From the NCBI GenBank assembly GCA_963752475.1, contig CAVVYR010000006.1, forward strand, positions 448,001 to 512,000: a DNA stretch of 64,000 nucleotides, read 5' to 3'. Positions 62,257-64,000 of the stretch are shown here, piece by piece (within the stretch, counting starts at the first letter, position 1; each line of letters opens with the position of its first letter). Below the pieces are notes generated by a model, which searched no databases, was not told where the DNA came from, and was given only the letters and a program-made list of their open reading frames with translations. This DNA is from an uncultured Chloroflexia bacterium (GTDB lineage: Bacteria > Chloroflexota > Limnocylindria > Limnocylindrales > CSP1-4). A program made the position numbers and the translations under genes.

Positions 62257-63741
62257 CTAGCTCCGAACCTCGAACGCGGGCGCGACCTCGACCTTGAGCT
62301 CAGCCAGCTCTGCGGATAGAGCGTCGGCCAGCGCCTCCGTCTCGGCCGAGGGCTGTCCCGCGAGCAGGTTCTCCATCTGGCAGGGGTCGCCAGGCGAGCC
62401 TTCGGCCCACTCGTAGCAGAGGCCACCGCTGATGTCGTAGAGCTCGCGGAAGCCGCCGCGGTTCTCGATGTAGTGCCAGCGCCCGTCGGGATGGTCGGCG
62501 GTGGTCCGGATCGACCACCACACGGGTCTGTCGCCACCCGACGGCACCGTATGCAGCAGTGACTCGCGCACGGTCGGCAGCTCCTCGTCCGCCAACACCG
62601 ACGCGAACGACAGCCCGTCGGCTGTCTCCTGGCCGTTGGGATACGGACCCATCTCGCAGCCGGCCAGATCGCAGAAGGTGGGCGCGAAGTCGATCATCGA
62701 GAGCGTGGTCGCGTCATCACGCGCCTCAACCCCCCGACCGGCCGGCCAGGCCACGTAGGCCGGCATCGGCGTCGCGTACGGCGAGACCTTGGCCACGCGA
62801 CGGTGTTCACCCCAGGTCATGCCGTTGTCGGCGATGAAGACGAAGACGGTGTCGTCGAGTCGGCCCTCCTTCTCCAGCGTGCGCCCGACCCGGCCGATCA
62901 TCTCGTCCACCGAGAGCAGTGACTCGCAGTGCGCGGTGAGATCGAAGCCCTTGTCGCCGAGCGGCTCGAGCTTCTGGACATGGGCCGGCTTGTCCGAGAC
63001 ATCCGCCTCGTCGTAGTTCGGCGGCGCCCACGGCTCGAGGTCCGCACAGCGCTCGTCGCCTTCGTGTCGGGGCGCCGGCAGGTTGGGCTCGTGCGGCGTG
63101 TAGGGCGCGATGAGCGCGAACAGCGGCGCGTCATCGGGCGCCTGTCTGATGCGCTTGACCGCGATATCGGCGATGACGTCCGTCGAGTAGTCGTCCTCGT
63201 CGGTCTTGTGCTGGGAGATGTTCCCGTCGCGGTCACGGATCTGGTACCAGAAGTACTTGCCCTGGTTGCTGTTGATGACGTCGAAGTCGTTCCAGCCGGG
63301 CGGGTCGTACTGCGCAGGCGCAAACTTCTTGTAGCCGTTCAGATATTTGCCCACGTAGGCGGTGTGATAGCCGGCGTCATCGAGCTCGGTGGCGATGGTC
63401 GTGGACACGTCGAGCTGGGAGCCATTGTTGCTGTTGGCACCGCTGTTGTGGGCATGCTGCCCGGTGAGCAGGTTGGCGCGCGACGGTCCGCACAGCGGGA
63501 CCTCTCCGTGGAAGTCGGTGAAGCGGACCCCACGGCTGATGACGAGGTCGTGCAGCTCCGGCATGACCTCGGACGACCACAGCCGTCCGTCGTGCGGGTT
63601 GGCGTCGTCGAGCATGACCACGACGATGTTCGGCCGCGGTGGTTCGGCCGCCTCCGCCTGGGCGGCGACCCCGGGCCCGAGGGAGCCCAGGAGCAGGGGA
63701 GCGAGGGCCGCGGAGCCCGCGCAGCGGATGAGTCGGTTCAC
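62257..63741 (-). CDS. Secreted S1 (formylglycine-type) sulfatase
   Basis: Signal peptide, PNIVVVMLDD, CGPSR, GKYLN, PH, ADNG. Confidence 0.9.
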   Translation of the reverse strand: MNRLIRCAGSAALAPLLLGSLGPGVAAQAEAAEPPRPNIVVVMLDDANPHDGRLWSSEVMPELHDLVISRGVRFTDFHGEVPLCGPSRANLLTGQHAHNSGANSNNGSQLDVSTTIATELDDAGYHTAYVGKYLNGYKKFAPAQYDPPGWNDFDVINSNQGKYFWYQIRDRDGNISQHKTDEDDYSTDVIADIAVKRIRQAPDDAPLFALIAPYTPHEPNLPAPRHEGDERCADLEPWAPPNYDEADVSDKPAHVQKLEPLGDKGFDLTAHCESLLSVDEMIGRVGRTLEKEGRLDDTVFVFIADNGMTWGEHRRVAKVSPYATPMPAYVAWPAGRGVEARDDATTLSMIDFAPTFCDLAGCEMGPYPNGQETADGLSFASVLADEELPTVRESLLHTVPSGGDRPVWWSIRTTADHPDGRWHYIENRGGFRELYDISGGLCYEWAEGSPGDPCQMENLLAGQPSAETEALADALSAELAELKVEVAPAFEVRS

Positions 63742-63823
63742 GTCCCGAAGGGTAGCGCCTCATCGTCTCGGCGCCCGCCGGCGGCCCTGAGGCAGCACGT
63801 CGTATCTCGGCTACCATCGAGAC

Positions 63824-64000
<177 letters not shown>

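Overview
High-GC bacterial chromosomal window, probably Chloroflexota or another Terrabacteria lineage (inferred from the GAAC-N4-GTTC LexA box, the CIRCE element and frequent leaderless genes). In order it holds: Cu-nitrite reductase nirK with a divergent Rrf2 regulator, tRNA-Ala(CGC), two SRPBCC paralogs, a two-component system, a LexA-controlled split mutagenesis cassette (imuA, imuB, a standalone ImuB-C-like gene, a degenerate M23 gene, dnaE2), a vapBC module, PIG-V-like GT-C glycosyltransferases next to a large lamin-tail/OB-fold surface protein, udp, an unlisted 46-aa Zn-ribbon-like gene, ROK-gap-pgk-eno, rpsT with a histone-H1-like tail, an IS remnant, lepA-hemW, a ClC-gadB-membrane protein module, CIRCE-hrcA-grpE-dnaK followed by three GT92-like glycosyltransferases where dnaJ usually sits, and a TetR-led menaquinone operon (menF-D-H-B-A-C-E-G). 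That operon has no menI, but its menE carries an extra Ser alpha/beta-hydrolase domain, a candidate non-orthologous DHNA-CoA thioesterase. Several frameshifts (grpE, gadB, surface protein) suggest indel errors in the assembly. All family calls come from motif recognition by eye; no database searches were run.
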